Shown: piece by piece, positions 7,975 through 17,416 of the stretch
Layout of the letters: every line of letters starts with the position of its first letter
How positions within the stretch are numbered: the first letter of the stretch is position 1
Virus record (IMG/VR): IMGVR_UViG_3300033073_001175
Span: 1 to 64,000 of that record
Reading direction: 5' to 3' (one strand)
Length of the DNA stretch: 64,000 nucleotides
Source of the DNA: a virus
Taxonomy: Duplodnaviria; Heunggongvirae; Uroviricota; Caudoviricetes
Translations under genes and position numbers: made by a program
Notes under the pieces: generated by a model
What the model was told of the DNA's origin: nothing
The model's input: the letters and a program-made list of their open reading frames with translations, nothing else
Database searches by the model: none

Positions 7975-8809
7975 CTTTTATTTGTTCTAAAGTCTTGAAT
8001 AGATTAATTCTTGATTCCGCAACTTGACAGTAGTTTGGTGATAATTCAATACCTAACCATCTCCTATCAAGGATTTGTGCTGCAACTAAACTTGTACCTG
8101 AACCTGCAAATGGGTCTAAAACTAAATCGTTCTTGTAGGATAGTATTTTAATCGCTTTGGTAGGGATATCCATTGAGAACGTTGCTTTGGTGAGGGACTT
8201 AGTGTCAGCAAAATAATTCCACTGACCATACACAAGACTAATAAAATCTTTTTTATCTTGTTCTTCATATATTACTTTCTTTTTTATGGTGCCGTCCTCC
8301 TGTTCAATTTCAGTAGGTGTTCCTTTCCACTGAGGTTCTCCTTTAACCTTTTTAATGTGGTGTTTTTTATAGGCTAGAATAACACACTCTTTAGGGTTAT
8401 AAATATATGGACTTGATGGGCTCATCCAACTACCCCAAGCAGTTGTCTTACTTCTATGTGGCGACTCTTCTTCAAGGTCAACAATACCAAAGAAACCGTA
8501 TCCAATTTCTTTCATAATTTGCCACATTTCAGAGACAAAAAATATTCTACCCCCTTTCTTCTGTCTATTGATTTCATAAGGAATGTTTAGTGCGATTCTT
8601 CCATCATCTTTAAGTACTCGGTATGTTTCAGTTAACCACTCTCTCGCGAATATTTTGTATTCTTCAAATTCTAAATCATCATCATGAACGTCATAATCAA
8701 TACCCACACCATATGGCGGACTTGTTACAACTAAATCAACAATGCTTTCAGGTAACGTTTTCATTACCTCTATACAATTACCATTTATTATTTTTTCTGT
8801 TTCTATCAT
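7958..8809 (-). CDS. DNA methyltransferase, beta-class N6-adenine/N4-cytosine (ParB-less type II-like MTase)
   Basis: Motif IV SPPY (VVTSPPYGVGIDYD) near the N-terminus and motif I DPFAGSGTS near the C-terminus. Confidence 0.85.
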   Translation of the reverse strand: MIETEKIINGNCIEVMKTLPESIVDLVVTSPPYGVGIDYDVHDDDLEFEEYKIFAREWLTETYRVLKDDGRIALNIPYEINRQKKGGRIFFVSEMWQIMKEIGYGFFGIVDLEEESPHRSKTTAWGSWMSPSSPYIYNPKECVILAYKKHHIKKVKGEPQWKGTPTEIEQEDGTIKKKVIYEEQDKKDFISLVYGQWNYFADTKSLTKATFSMDIPTKAIKILSYKNDLVLDPFAGSGTSLVAAQILDRRWLGIELSPNYCQVAESRINLFKTLEQIKEIPQL

Positions 8810-8909
8810 ATTTTTATTTAATTAAATCCTCTACCACAATGAATCATTGTGTTAGTTCTTTCATTTTCTATCCAAGATAAGTAATTGTATACTTTTTTTA
8901 TAAAATTTA

Positions 8910-9125
8910 TCATTTTTTTTCCAATTGTTCAATATGATGATTTAAATACCAAAGAGCTTTTTTAAGGTCCTGAAGTTCTTTATCAGAATCTTTTTTACCC
9001 GCTCTTGAGATATATTTTACGGTATTACCTAAAGAGAATCCTAACTCCCAAGCGTCAATAACTTTTATTGCTTCATATGGATTATCTTCCCCTCCATAGT
9101 GTTGAGGGTGATTTACATGTTCCAT
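8910..9125 (-). CDS. DUF3310 family small phage protein
   Basis: HPQHY ... EAIKVIDAWELGF ... GNTVKYISRAGKK ... LKKALWYL pattern typical of DUF3310. Confidence 0.55.
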   Translation of the reverse strand: MEHVNHPQHYGGEDNPYEAIKVIDAWELGFSLGNTVKYISRAGKKDSDKELQDLKKALWYLNHHIEQLEKK

Positions 9126-9126
9126 T

Positions 9127-10245
9127 TTAATCTTCTTTATATTCGTTTAACAATTCCTCACTCGTAAGAATCCCATTATATTTTTTTGCAATTTCATCAA
9201 AATTTTTCATGTTTACGTTAGTATACATTCTATGGGTGGTCTCCGCAAGTTCATTTGCCATATCAATAGTTTCAGAAATAACTTTAATAATTTCATATGG
9301 GTTGGCGTTTGATGCTGGCCGTCTATCTTCAATATATCCTTTCCATTCTTTAGCGGTTGATAATGGAACTCTGATAGATGCCCCTCGGTCACTAACACCC
9401 CAACTAAATTTATCAATAGATTGTGTTTCATATTTACCTGTAAGTCTAAGTTCATTATCTGAACCATAAACTTCAATATGTTTTTCTCTTCTTGATTCTA
9501 ATGCGTTGAATATGGAATTAAAATATTCTTCTCCTCCTTCTTTTCTCATTTTTTCAGTTGAGAAGTTTGTATGTAACCCCGACCCGTTCCATTCACCATA
9601 AGCCAAAGGTTTTGGGTGGTATTCAATATAGTAACCATATTTTTCAGAAAGTTTTTCCATTAGGTATCTTGACATCCAAAGGTCATCACCAGCCTTTAAT
9701 TTACCCATAGAAAATACTTGGTATTCCCATTGTCCTAATGCAACCTCAGCATTTACACCTGTAATCGAAATCCCCATGTTCAAACATAAATCCAAATGCT
9801 CTTCAACAATATTTCTACCGATAACATTAGACCCAACTCCGCAATAATATTTTCCTTGACCTTCAATTGAGCCTTGACCATGTCCTAAAACAGGTTTGCC
9901 TTTACCCTCACGAATAAAATATTCTTGTTCAAAACCAAACCACATTTCTTTATCATCTTCACCTAATTTAGCTCGTTGATTTGTCTCATGTGGTGTTCCG
10001 TCAGGATTCATTACCTCACATAACACATATACTTTACTAAATTGTCCAATTTCACGGTATAACCTAACAGGTTTTAATATACAATCAGATTTATCACCAT
10101 CTGCTTGTAATGTTGATGAACCGTCAAAATTCCATTCAGGAATACTAGATAAATCAGTAACGTTAATATTAGATACTTTTATTTTACTTCTTAAATTTGG
10201 TTCTGGTATGTAACCATCAAGCCACACATATTCTATCTTTGTCAT
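9127..10245 (-). CDS. Glutamine synthetase type II (eukaryote-like GSII) homologue
   Basis: N-terminal beta-grasp EYVWLDGY ... EWNFDGSSTLQA, catalytic-domain stretch GKYYCGVGSNVIGRNIVEEHLDLCLNMGISITGVNAEVALGQWEYQV, full length about 370 aa as for GSII. Confidence 0.8.
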   Translation of the reverse strand: MTKIEYVWLDGYIPEPNLRSKIKVSNINVTDLSSIPEWNFDGSSTLQADGDKSDCILKPVRLYREIGQFSKVYVLCEVMNPDGTPHETNQRAKLGEDDKEMWFGFEQEYFIREGKGKPVLGHGQGSIEGQGKYYCGVGSNVIGRNIVEEHLDLCLNMGISITGVNAEVALGQWEYQVFSMGKLKAGDDLWMSRYLMEKLSEKYGYYIEYHPKPLAYGEWNGSGLHTNFSTEKMRKEGGEEYFNSIFNALESRREKHIEVYGSDNELRLTGKYETQSIDKFSWGVSDRGASIRVPLSTAKEWKGYIEDRRPASNANPYEIIKVISETIDMANELAETTHRMYTNVNMKNFDEIAKKYNGILTSEELLNEYKED

Positions 10246-10253
10246 ATAATTTA

Positions 10254-10439
10254 TTATTTATTTCCTTTTACTTTATAGTCATTACCTATTTTGACAATAA
10301 CACCATCTTCAATTAAATCGTTTAAAATTTCTTTTGCTTCAATCTCACTTACATTTAAAAGATTATTGGATATGTATTCAATACCCAATGGTTGTCTTAA
10401 TTTTGATAACATTTTTTTGATTTTAGTCGAGTTTTCCAT
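10254..10439 (-). CDS. Hypothetical small protein (61 aa), possibly a winged-helix DNA binder
   Basis: ORF only. Confidence 0.35.
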   Translation of the reverse strand: MENSTKIKKMLSKLRQPLGIEYISNNLLNVSEIEAKEILNDLIEDGVIVKIGNDYKVKGNK

Positions 10440-10620
10440 TTTTTATGATTTTTAATAATTCGGTATCACTTACACCTTTATTGTGTAACTCAAATATTTT
10501 TTTAGATTTGTTGTCAGTTAGGAATAAAGCATCTGCGGAAAAGTAATTACTTAAAGGTTCGTTATTTTCTAACCGATATAAAATATTTTCAAATTTTATA
10601 AACCTTTTATTAAACCCCAT
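10423..10620 (-). CDS. Hypothetical small protein (65 aa)
   Basis: ORF only. Confidence 0.3.
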   Translation of the reverse strand: MGFNKRFIKFENILYRLENNEPLSNYFSADALFLTDNKSKKIFELHNKGVSDTELLKIIKNGKLD

Positions 10621-11392
10621 CAGGTAATAATTTTTTTACTTTGTTACTTTCTTTTTTAATAGTTTGGGTTATATAACTCATGATTTTTCTTTTAAAGATT
10701 GGTATTAATGTTTCCTCAAGTGGGAATATCTCACTACACAATACTTCAAAGACAGGATATTTATGAGTTTTAACTTTACTATCTTTATTCAAAAAGTTAA
10801 GAATAATATCGTTAGGTGTCAAATCTGAACCTTCGCTTTCATGTATTATCTTTAAAAAAGTTTTTGATTGTATATCCTCTTTCCTATGTTTTCTAACATT
10901 ATATCTCCAAACATATAATTTTTCTTTAGATTGGTAATAGAAAAACCCCATTTTAGAGTCGATGTTAGATTTGTTCTTTTTTAAATTTACTGTGATTGAA
11001 TCGTAGACTATTGACCATATTGATTTGGTAATTCCAAAATAATCTTGTAGTCTTGGATGACTGAACTTAAGTATCTTTCTGTATTCGTCATATTCGTCTT
11101 CCGCAAGTACTGGTATATCCTTTAATTTTAAATCTGAAAGTAAAAATTCATCATCAAAAGATGAAAGATGTTTTTCTGAATAAAGGATTTTATCTTGATT
11201 AATCAATGTTTGTATATTACCAAGATGTAACGATAATTCAGTAAACATAGGATATACTTTCATCTGTTCTAAGTCTTTATTTAGTTTTTGAAAATAATCC
11301 AATAAAATATATTGTTTTTGTTCGGAGTCGATAATTCCGTTGAATAACCAATCAGTATCCATCACAAACTTTATTTTACTTTTCCTATTCAT
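10610..11392 (-). CDS. Hypothetical protein (260 aa)
   Basis: ORF only. Confidence 0.5.
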   Translation of the reverse strand: MNRKSKIKFVMDTDWLFNGIIDSEQKQYILLDYFQKLNKDLEQMKVYPMFTELSLHLGNIQTLINQDKILYSEKHLSSFDDEFLLSDLKLKDIPVLAEDEYDEYRKILKFSHPRLQDYFGITKSIWSIVYDSITVNLKKNKSNIDSKMGFFYYQSKEKLYVWRYNVRKHRKEDIQSKTFLKIIHESEGSDLTPNDIILNFLNKDSKVKTHKYPVFEVLCSEIFPLEETLIPIFKRKIMSYITQTIKKESNKVKKLLPDGV

Positions 11393-11435
11393 AATATCTA
11401 AATTATAGATAAAGTTTGTTTAAAAATGAAGAGCT

Positions 11436-12824
11436 TTAATTTATCTTCATAATATAATATTCTTCTCCCTCAAGTGTTACAGAATCATAAGTACCATCAT
11501 TTCCATTCATAATACCCCACCCATCTTCATCAACTAAACCTTGGGCTAGCTCGTCCTCATTAATAAAATCTTTAATATTTAAACTATGTTCTTTAATGAA
11601 ATTCATAGGGTCTTTCATATATCCATCAACAATCCCATCCAACCTATCATCAACCATATCTTGACTTGGTTCGTCATCAGGTTCAATACTATCTAATTCG
11701 TCTTGAGCTTTATCCTTCTTCTCTTCTACTTCATCAATCATTTTTTGAATTTCGTAGTACTTTCTATCATACTCATCAGGGTTTTCTTCTTCATCATATA
11801 TTTCGTTTTGTCTATCTTCAAGTTCTGATATGTGGTCTTCAAGTTCTGAAATATAATTTTCAAGTTCACTAATTCTTCTTTCTTGTTCTGCAGTTAATTC
11901 AAAATCATCCCTGTTAAAATATATTTCAGGATTTTGCCATATATCATCTTCAAACCATTCCCTAATATAGTCTCGTAAATAATCTTCATCTAAATATTGC
12001 TCAATAAAGTAACTTCTAAAACCTTCAATTCCAACTTCATCAATATAACCTTCAGCATATTTTAAAGCTGCGGCATCCATCTCATCTGAAGTTCCGACAG
12101 TGTATTCATTATTAAACCCTGGTAATAAAACCTCAAAGGTTGTTAATCCATAATGCGTCCATCTCATTGGGTTTAAATCGTAAACATCCCCATCATCTTC
12201 ACCAATATCCGAAATTTCATCTTCAATTTCATCAATTGCTTCTTGAGTTTCGTCAGTATATTCCTCTTTACTCGTCAATCTTTCTAACTCAATATTTAAC
12301 TTCTCTAATCTATCTCTATCTTCATCACTTAATACTTCAATATCACCTTCCTCAACCAAAAATTTAAAAAGAGCATTTGCCTTCATTCCTTCATCATCAG
12401 TATCTTCAATATCCCATTGTTTAGATAATCTTCTACGATTACCCTCTAACCTTTTTTCTCTAAGTTCCGCTGCCAATCTTTTAGCTTCTCTTGGTGAACC
12501 GCTATCCCAAACATGTTTTTTAACTGTAATACCATCAATATTAGAGATTTTGGTCCTACTTATATTAAGACTCCCATCAACATATTTTACATTACCTAAT
12601 GAATCCACAGGTGAGCTTGAGACATCTAAATCACCTGTTATCCATAATGGTTTTCCTTGGAACTTTGGCAGTCTGCTAATTCCTTGTCCGTGATAACCTG
12701 ATAGTTTTAAAAGTTCGGTATACTCTTGTGGAGATATTTTATAATATTCTTCTTCAGACTGTTCTTTAATTAAACTTAACAGTCTATCCATCTTATTTTC
12801 CGTTAAAAAAATTCTACGATTCAT
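11436..12824 (-). CDS. Hypothetical highly acidic protein (462 aa)
   Basis: D/E-rich; N-term MNRRIFLTENKMDRLLSLIKEQ resembles the N-termini of 62..364 and 361..1143. Confidence 0.55.
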   Translation of the reverse strand: MNRRIFLTENKMDRLLSLIKEQSEEEYYKISPQEYTELLKLSGYHGQGISRLPKFQGKPLWITGDLDVSSSPVDSLGNVKYVDGSLNISRTKISNIDGITVKKHVWDSGSPREAKRLAAELREKRLEGNRRRLSKQWDIEDTDDEGMKANALFKFLVEEGDIEVLSDEDRDRLEKLNIELERLTSKEEYTDETQEAIDEIEDEISDIGEDDGDVYDLNPMRWTHYGLTTFEVLLPGFNNEYTVGTSDEMDAAALKYAEGYIDEVGIEGFRSYFIEQYLDEDYLRDYIREWFEDDIWQNPEIYFNRDDFELTAEQERRISELENYISELEDHISELEDRQNEIYDEEENPDEYDRKYYEIQKMIDEVEEKKDKAQDELDSIEPDDEPSQDMVDDRLDGIVDGYMKDPMNFIKEHSLNIKDFINEDELAQGLVDEDGWGIMNGNDGTYDSVTLEGEEYYIMKIN

Positions 12825-12922
12825 AACTATAAATACCCTAAAAAAATAAATAAGGTAATGTTTACAATTAAAACGTTTTGGAGATATTTATTGTTATAAT
12901 AAACCTATTAAAAAACTTAAAC

Positions 12923-13066
12923 ATGGGATGCGGTTGTAAAAACAAAGGAAATCAGGCGGCACAACAACCATCACAAAGTGCTCAACCTGCTAAAGAACAA
13001 GTAAAATCACCAAACATTCAAGAATCTATTAAAAAGGTTGTTGAAAAGTACTACAACAAGAAATAA
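12923..13066 (+). CDS. Small protein (47 aa) starting MGCGCKNKG; lone plus-strand gene ending at a bidirectional terminator
   Basis: ORF-track ORF 12878..13066; internal Met chosen; followed immediately by a strong hairpin. Confidence 0.35.
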   Translation: MGCGCKNKGNQAAQQPSQSAQPAKEQVKSPNIQESIKKVVEKYYNKK

Positions 13067-13094
13067 AAAAAGGGTTCATATGAACCCTTTTTTT
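13064..13094. terminator. Bidirectional Rho-independent terminator between convergent genes
   Basis: AAAAAAAGGGTTCA-ta-TGAACCCTTTTTTT: perfect stem with an A-run 5' and a T-run 3'. Confidence 0.7.
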
Positions 13095-13617
13095 ATACTC
13101 TTTTAGAATAAGATATGACTTGATAGAAGTCTTTTTTACCGTCACAATGTTCCTTAATTAACTTAAGTAGATTTTTAAACATAAACGCCCCTTCAGTTTG
13201 TTTTTCACATTTAATAAACAACTCTAATAAACAGGAAAGAAATTCAATCTTGAATGGTCCCACATTAGTTATTGTTTCATATTTCTCAATGAAGTATTCA
13301 TAATAAAGAAAGTCATAATTACTCATTTCTTCTTTAGTTTTAAATGGTTCGACTTTATCGTATAAATCTAACCACTCAGAAATAAAATTCTTCACTTCAT
13401 AAGGGGCATATTCTGACTTAATAATTAAATCAACAATCCAATGAGTGTGTGATGGAGCTCTTAATCGACTTTTATCTTTTTTATATTTAACAATGAAATC
13501 TAAGTCAGGATTTCCGCCTCTACTTCCTTGGTAAATGGCGATAACACTACCATCAGGTAATTCCCAATTATTTATAGGTTCGTGTAATACACCATTTTTC
13601 GTAAAACTTAATTTCAT
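13093..13617 (-). CDS. Hypothetical protein (174 aa)
   Basis: ORF only. Confidence 0.5.
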   Translation of the reverse strand: MKLSFTKNGVLHEPINNWELPDGSVIAIYQGSRGGNPDLDFIVKYKKDKSRLRAPSHTHWIVDLIIKSEYAPYEVKNFISEWLDLYDKVEPFKTKEEMSNYDFLYYEYFIEKYETITNVGPFKIEFLSCLLELFIKCEKQTEGAFMFKNLLKLIKEHCDGKKDFYQVISYSKRV

Positions 13618-13627
13618 TTTAGTTTAA

Positions 13628-13915
13628 TTAAAGGATAAAACCTTTGATAATTTCAACACCCTCTTCAAGATTTTCATAATTTACTTGTGGGGCATAAAGT
13701 TGTGGGGTAGGTTCTTCCGCCTCAGTGTCTTCAACTAACATGAATGCAGGGACATAATCACTGCCAGTTATCTCAGCAAATAAATTGAACTCTTCTTCAT
13801 ACTCATCAATATCTCTTTCATGGAAATCGATACTACTTTCTTTTAGTTGTGTTTTAAATACGTCACACCAAGGACAACCCTTCATAGTGTATACGACCAC
13901 TAATTTATTATCCAT
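13628..13915 (-). CDS. Glutaredoxin/NrdH-like redoxin
   Basis: CPWC active site (YTMKGCPWCDVFK), about 95 aa. Confidence 0.75.
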   Translation of the reverse strand: MDNKLVVVYTMKGCPWCDVFKTQLKESSIDFHERDIDEYEEEFNLFAEITGSDYVPAFMLVEDTEAEEPTPQLYAPQVNYENLEEGVEIIKGFIL

Positions 13916-14216
13916 TTGTTAAAGTATTAATCATTTCATTTAATTGGGACTCTTGTAGTAACCCCGCTCTAGTTGATACTTCATTTCCTCCATTGAATGA
14001 CTTAATTGTTGGGATTGCTCTAACTCCTAACTCTACGGAGATTTCTCTATTTTCGTCAACGTTAATAGTGTACATTGGTACTTCAGATGTTTCAGCAACT
14101 CTTTCGAAAAGAGGTTTCATCATTTTACATGGTCCACACCATGGGGCCCAAAAATCAACAATCATTTTTTCGCCATTGTTAATTTTTTCTCTTAATTGTT
14201 CTTGTGTAATTTCCAT
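13908..14216 (-). CDS. trx: Thioredoxin
   Basis: FWAPWCGPCKMMKP (WCGPC active site), 102 aa. Confidence 0.9.
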   Translation of the reverse strand: MEITQEQLREKINNGEKMIVDFWAPWCGPCKMMKPLFERVAETSEVPMYTINVDENREISVELGVRAIPTIKSFNGGNEVSTRAGLLQESQLNEMINTLTNG

Positions 14217-14218
14217 AA

Positions 14219-14557
14219 TTATTTTGTTTTTAATATATTTTTAACAGTAAACTCAGTTAAATTTAATCTGTCAACTGTCGTTAATATAAATATCGTTATA
14301 TTATTCTGAATATATAACATTATACCTGACTTATCGTACATTAGTAATTGTGTTATTTCATCATTTATCTTTTCATCTTCAATCAAAGAATTAAATTTTT
14401 CAATATGCATCCAAACTAATTCTGATTTAGAAATTAATTTATCAATGTTTTTAGTAACATTCTCTTTATTTGTAGGGATTGGTATTTCAACAATACTAGG
14501 ATATTCGTTAAATTTATTTACAAATATGTTAATACAATGTTCAGGTATTTTTTTCAT
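14219..14557 (-). CDS. Hypothetical protein (112 aa)
   Basis: ORF only. Confidence 0.45.
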   Translation of the reverse strand: MKKIPEHCINIFVNKFNEYPSIVEIPIPTNKENVTKNIDKLISKSELVWMHIEKFNSLIEDEKINDEITQLLMYDKSGIMLYIQNNITIFILTTVDRLNLTEFTVKNILKTK

Positions 14558-14558
14558 G

Positions 14559-16247
14559 TTAAAAATCTAATTCTTCGCCGAACAATTGTAAAGGCTCGAT
14601 AGTATTACGAGCTCTAACGTTAGTAATTCTTTCATCATCCCATTTTAAATAGGGTCCGTATTGGAAATTCATCATACCAATTCCTTCAGTAAAATTACTA
14701 CCTGAAGTAAATGTTTTATATCCGACCTTTAATTCCACTTTAGGTAAATCAAATAGTTTTTCATTAACTAACTTTTCAATTCGGATATCCAATAAAACAA
14801 GAGGTCTATTCCACGATTCATCGAGTTGGTGGTTAAACCTTCCAAGAGTTTGGACTCTTTTTAATCTAATTTTGTCATTCTCAAATTTAACTTGGTATTC
14901 AATAGTCGCTCTTTCTTTAGATTCAACTGAACCATTTCTAAGTGAGACAATAAATGACCCTGGTCTACTAATATAACCTTTAACACAATTAGATTGAATG
15001 TGTGACTCCATATTATATTCTCTTGATGTTGTTAGTACAACAGGATAATAAGTTTCATCAACCAATTCTTGGAGTCTATTAACGAACTCTTCATTATAGA
15101 TTCTACTGAAGTCTCCATTGTTATAAAATCCTAGTCTCTCAGATATTATAAAGTGTTCTTCAGTAAAAGTATTGTAGTCATTTGATTCCCATCTAATAGA
15201 TTCAAATCTTCTAAGATTTCTAATCATACTAAAATGGTCATAAAAAGTTTGTATATCAATTTCACCCTTTAAAACTATTTTAAACACTTCAAAGGCGTTA
15301 TACTTTTCCTTTTTACTTTGAAAGATGTCTTCACTCCATTGTGATGGGTAGTTGGTGCTTTCTAAGATATCGATAATAATTTTATCGGGTTGTGACATTA
15401 TAAAATCTTTACCGAATAAACTGAATATCGAATCTAAATAACTAGAACCATTAAAACTATTAATCCGATGTAATAGTTTTTTAATCTTATCACCTTTAAA
15501 CCCATACATTGACATAAAAGTATCAATGAACTTTAGTTTATTTTTTAGAAAATCTTTCTTTTTGGGGTGTTGTTGGGATAACATAAAGACCGCCCAATTG
15601 TTTGGGGTTTTTATATTATTTTTATCCAAATACATTTTATACAAAATGTAATCGTGAGAAACATTTGTATAATTTTCATAACCAGGTATTGATTTAAAAA
15701 ATACTCCGAAAATATCCTTAATGATATCAGGTTTATTAATTAAAAGTTCAGGGTTTCTATTGAGAATGTTGTTTAATTCAGAATTTATTAATCCTTTCAT
15801 TCTATTGATTGGGTCGGAATTAAAAGAATTACGATTAACTTTTTTTCTAAATTTACGTTTTAAATGATAGTTGGTTATACTCCCATTATATAATGAATTA
15901 GTTTTAAAATTATATGTGAGGTAATGTACGTCAGTTTGTATTTTGAAGTATTTTTTACTTTTTTCTCTATGTCTATGATATCTAAAAAATTTAATACAGA
16001 CCTTATCCTCCGTTTTAGTTACAAATACACTAAATCTTGTGTGATAAACACTACATAAAGGGTTTGCGTAGTGTTTAACATATTCTTCCTCACCACTATG
16101 TTCCACTTTAAATTCAAAATGGTTTCTATAAGTTTTTTTACTGATTTTAAGGCCCAAAATATCATCTACCTCATCGTCAAGTTTACAATGAGATTCGTAT
16201 TCACTTACAATGTATCTGTCGTGCCTAAATTTAAACAATTCTTCCAT
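14559..16247 (-). CDS. Hypothetical protein (562 aa)
   Basis: Long ORF; no motif assigned with confidence. Confidence 0.55.
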   Translation of the reverse strand: MEELFKFRHDRYIVSEYESHCKLDDEVDDILGLKISKKTYRNHFEFKVEHSGEEEYVKHYANPLCSVYHTRFSVFVTKTEDKVCIKFFRYHRHREKSKKYFKIQTDVHYLTYNFKTNSLYNGSITNYHLKRKFRKKVNRNSFNSDPINRMKGLINSELNNILNRNPELLINKPDIIKDIFGVFFKSIPGYENYTNVSHDYILYKMYLDKNNIKTPNNWAVFMLSQQHPKKKDFLKNKLKFIDTFMSMYGFKGDKIKKLLHRINSFNGSSYLDSIFSLFGKDFIMSQPDKIIIDILESTNYPSQWSEDIFQSKKEKYNAFEVFKIVLKGEIDIQTFYDHFSMIRNLRRFESIRWESNDYNTFTEEHFIISERLGFYNNGDFSRIYNEEFVNRLQELVDETYYPVVLTTSREYNMESHIQSNCVKGYISRPGSFIVSLRNGSVESKERATIEYQVKFENDKIRLKRVQTLGRFNHQLDESWNRPLVLLDIRIEKLVNEKLFDLPKVELKVGYKTFTSGSNFTEGIGMMNFQYGPYLKWDDERITNVRARNTIEPLQLFGEELDF

Positions 16248-16252
16248 AGATA

Positions 16253-16280
16253 ATGTAAAAATGGGGGAAGTAATTCCCCC
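16253..16280 (-). terminator. Terminator after the DUF932 gene
   Basis: GGGGGAA-gtaa-TTCCCCC with AAAAA upstream on plus (U-run on minus). Confidence 0.55.
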
Positions 16281-16286
16281 GTTATT

Positions 16287-17042
16287 TTAATAAGAAAAGG
16301 TGTCAGCTAATTCCCAAAGTTTAGTATTAACCTGACTAACTGCCATAATACTTTTTAAACCTCTTAACTCAGTTTTTCTACCCTTGTCTGTAGTGTATTT
16401 TAATCCTCCTCTAACAAAGTTCTCTTGAATCACGTTAAACGTTGTCCAAACATCTTTAGCAGTGTCTTCTTCACGTCTTGGGTGAACGATTGACATAACA
16501 TCAAGAGTTGTTGGTACATGACCTGATTTCCATCGAAGTCCAATCGCTTGTTTGATAAAATCAATTCGTTCTTTATCGGTTAGGACTTTATCCATCATTC
16601 GTCCTACAGAATCTTGGATTATTGGTAATTTACCTGCGAAAGATTCTGTTAATCTTTTAGCATCGTCCAAATCAAATCTTTGGTGTTTAACACTGAAAGA
16701 CTCAGCAAGTGATGTTGGTACTGTAAGTCCGTTACTACAAACTAATCTATGTAGACCCGCACTTACTGAAAGTGTTGCATAACCGTTATGTGAGTTTCTG
16801 ATGATAGCTTCAACTAATGAATCACCCACTTTAGGCAGTTCACCGTTTCTTAATCTAAGTTCGTGTACTGAATGGATTCCTTTTCCTGTTTGTTTCGCAG
16901 ATGATACTTCCCAACCTTCCCTTTGAAAATTGTCGAGTATGTCCATAGTAGGTACAAATACGTACTTGTCGGACATCTTCGTAGATGGGGAAGTTGCGAA
17001 TACTGAAGGGGCGATTTGTTTAATTTGTTCTAATGTCATCAT
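16287..17042 (-). CDS. DUF932 / TIGR03299 phage-plasmid-related protein
   Basis: N-term LEQIKQIAPSVFATSPSTKMSDKYVFVPTMDILDNF typical of DUF932. Confidence 0.55.
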   Translation of the reverse strand: MMTLEQIKQIAPSVFATSPSTKMSDKYVFVPTMDILDNFQREGWEVSSAKQTGKGIHSVHELRLRNGELPKVGDSLVEAIIRNSHNGYATLSVSAGLHRLVCSNGLTVPTSLAESFSVKHQRFDLDDAKRLTESFAGKLPIIQDSVGRMMDKVLTDKERIDFIKQAIGLRWKSGHVPTTLDVMSIVHPRREEDTAKDVWTTFNVIQENFVRGGLKYTTDKGRKTELRGLKSIMAVSQVNTKLWELADTFSY

Positions 17043-17096
17043 AGGTATATCTTATTTGTGTCTACAAAGATATAATAAAATTCTAATATGACAAAA

Positions 17097-17387
17097 TTAA
17101 TTTAGAGAAATTAAACCAAATTTTGTTTTTTCAAAAACACCAAAAACTTTTTCCTTAACTTTTTCGACAGAAGGTTCTTTCTTTAATTCGTACACAATAT
17201 CAATGATTTGTTTTTGAGTTAAAGATATCTCTTCACCCTTTTCAAAATTTTTGTAACAGGCTTCTTCGACTTTTTGATAAAATTCTTCTTTTAAAGAATC
17301 CCCAATCAAATCAATGAGGTCATTGGGGTTTTTTTCGAAGAAATTTATAAACTGACTTAGATATATTTCAACATCAATATTTTTCAT
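17097..17387 (-). CDS. Hypothetical protein (96 aa)
   Basis: ORF only. Confidence 0.4.
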   Translation of the reverse strand: MKNIDVEIYLSQFINFFEKNPNDLIDLIGDSLKEEFYQKVEEACYKNFEKGEEISLTQKQIIDIVYELKKEPSVEKVKEKVFGVFEKTKFGLISLN

Positions 17388-17416
17388 GAATTAATTTTAT
17401 TATAAAGGTAATAAAA

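Noticed and set aside
8623-8880. 85-aa plus-strand ORF
   Set aside because: It is mostly antisense to the MTase gene 5' end and shows no coding signal.
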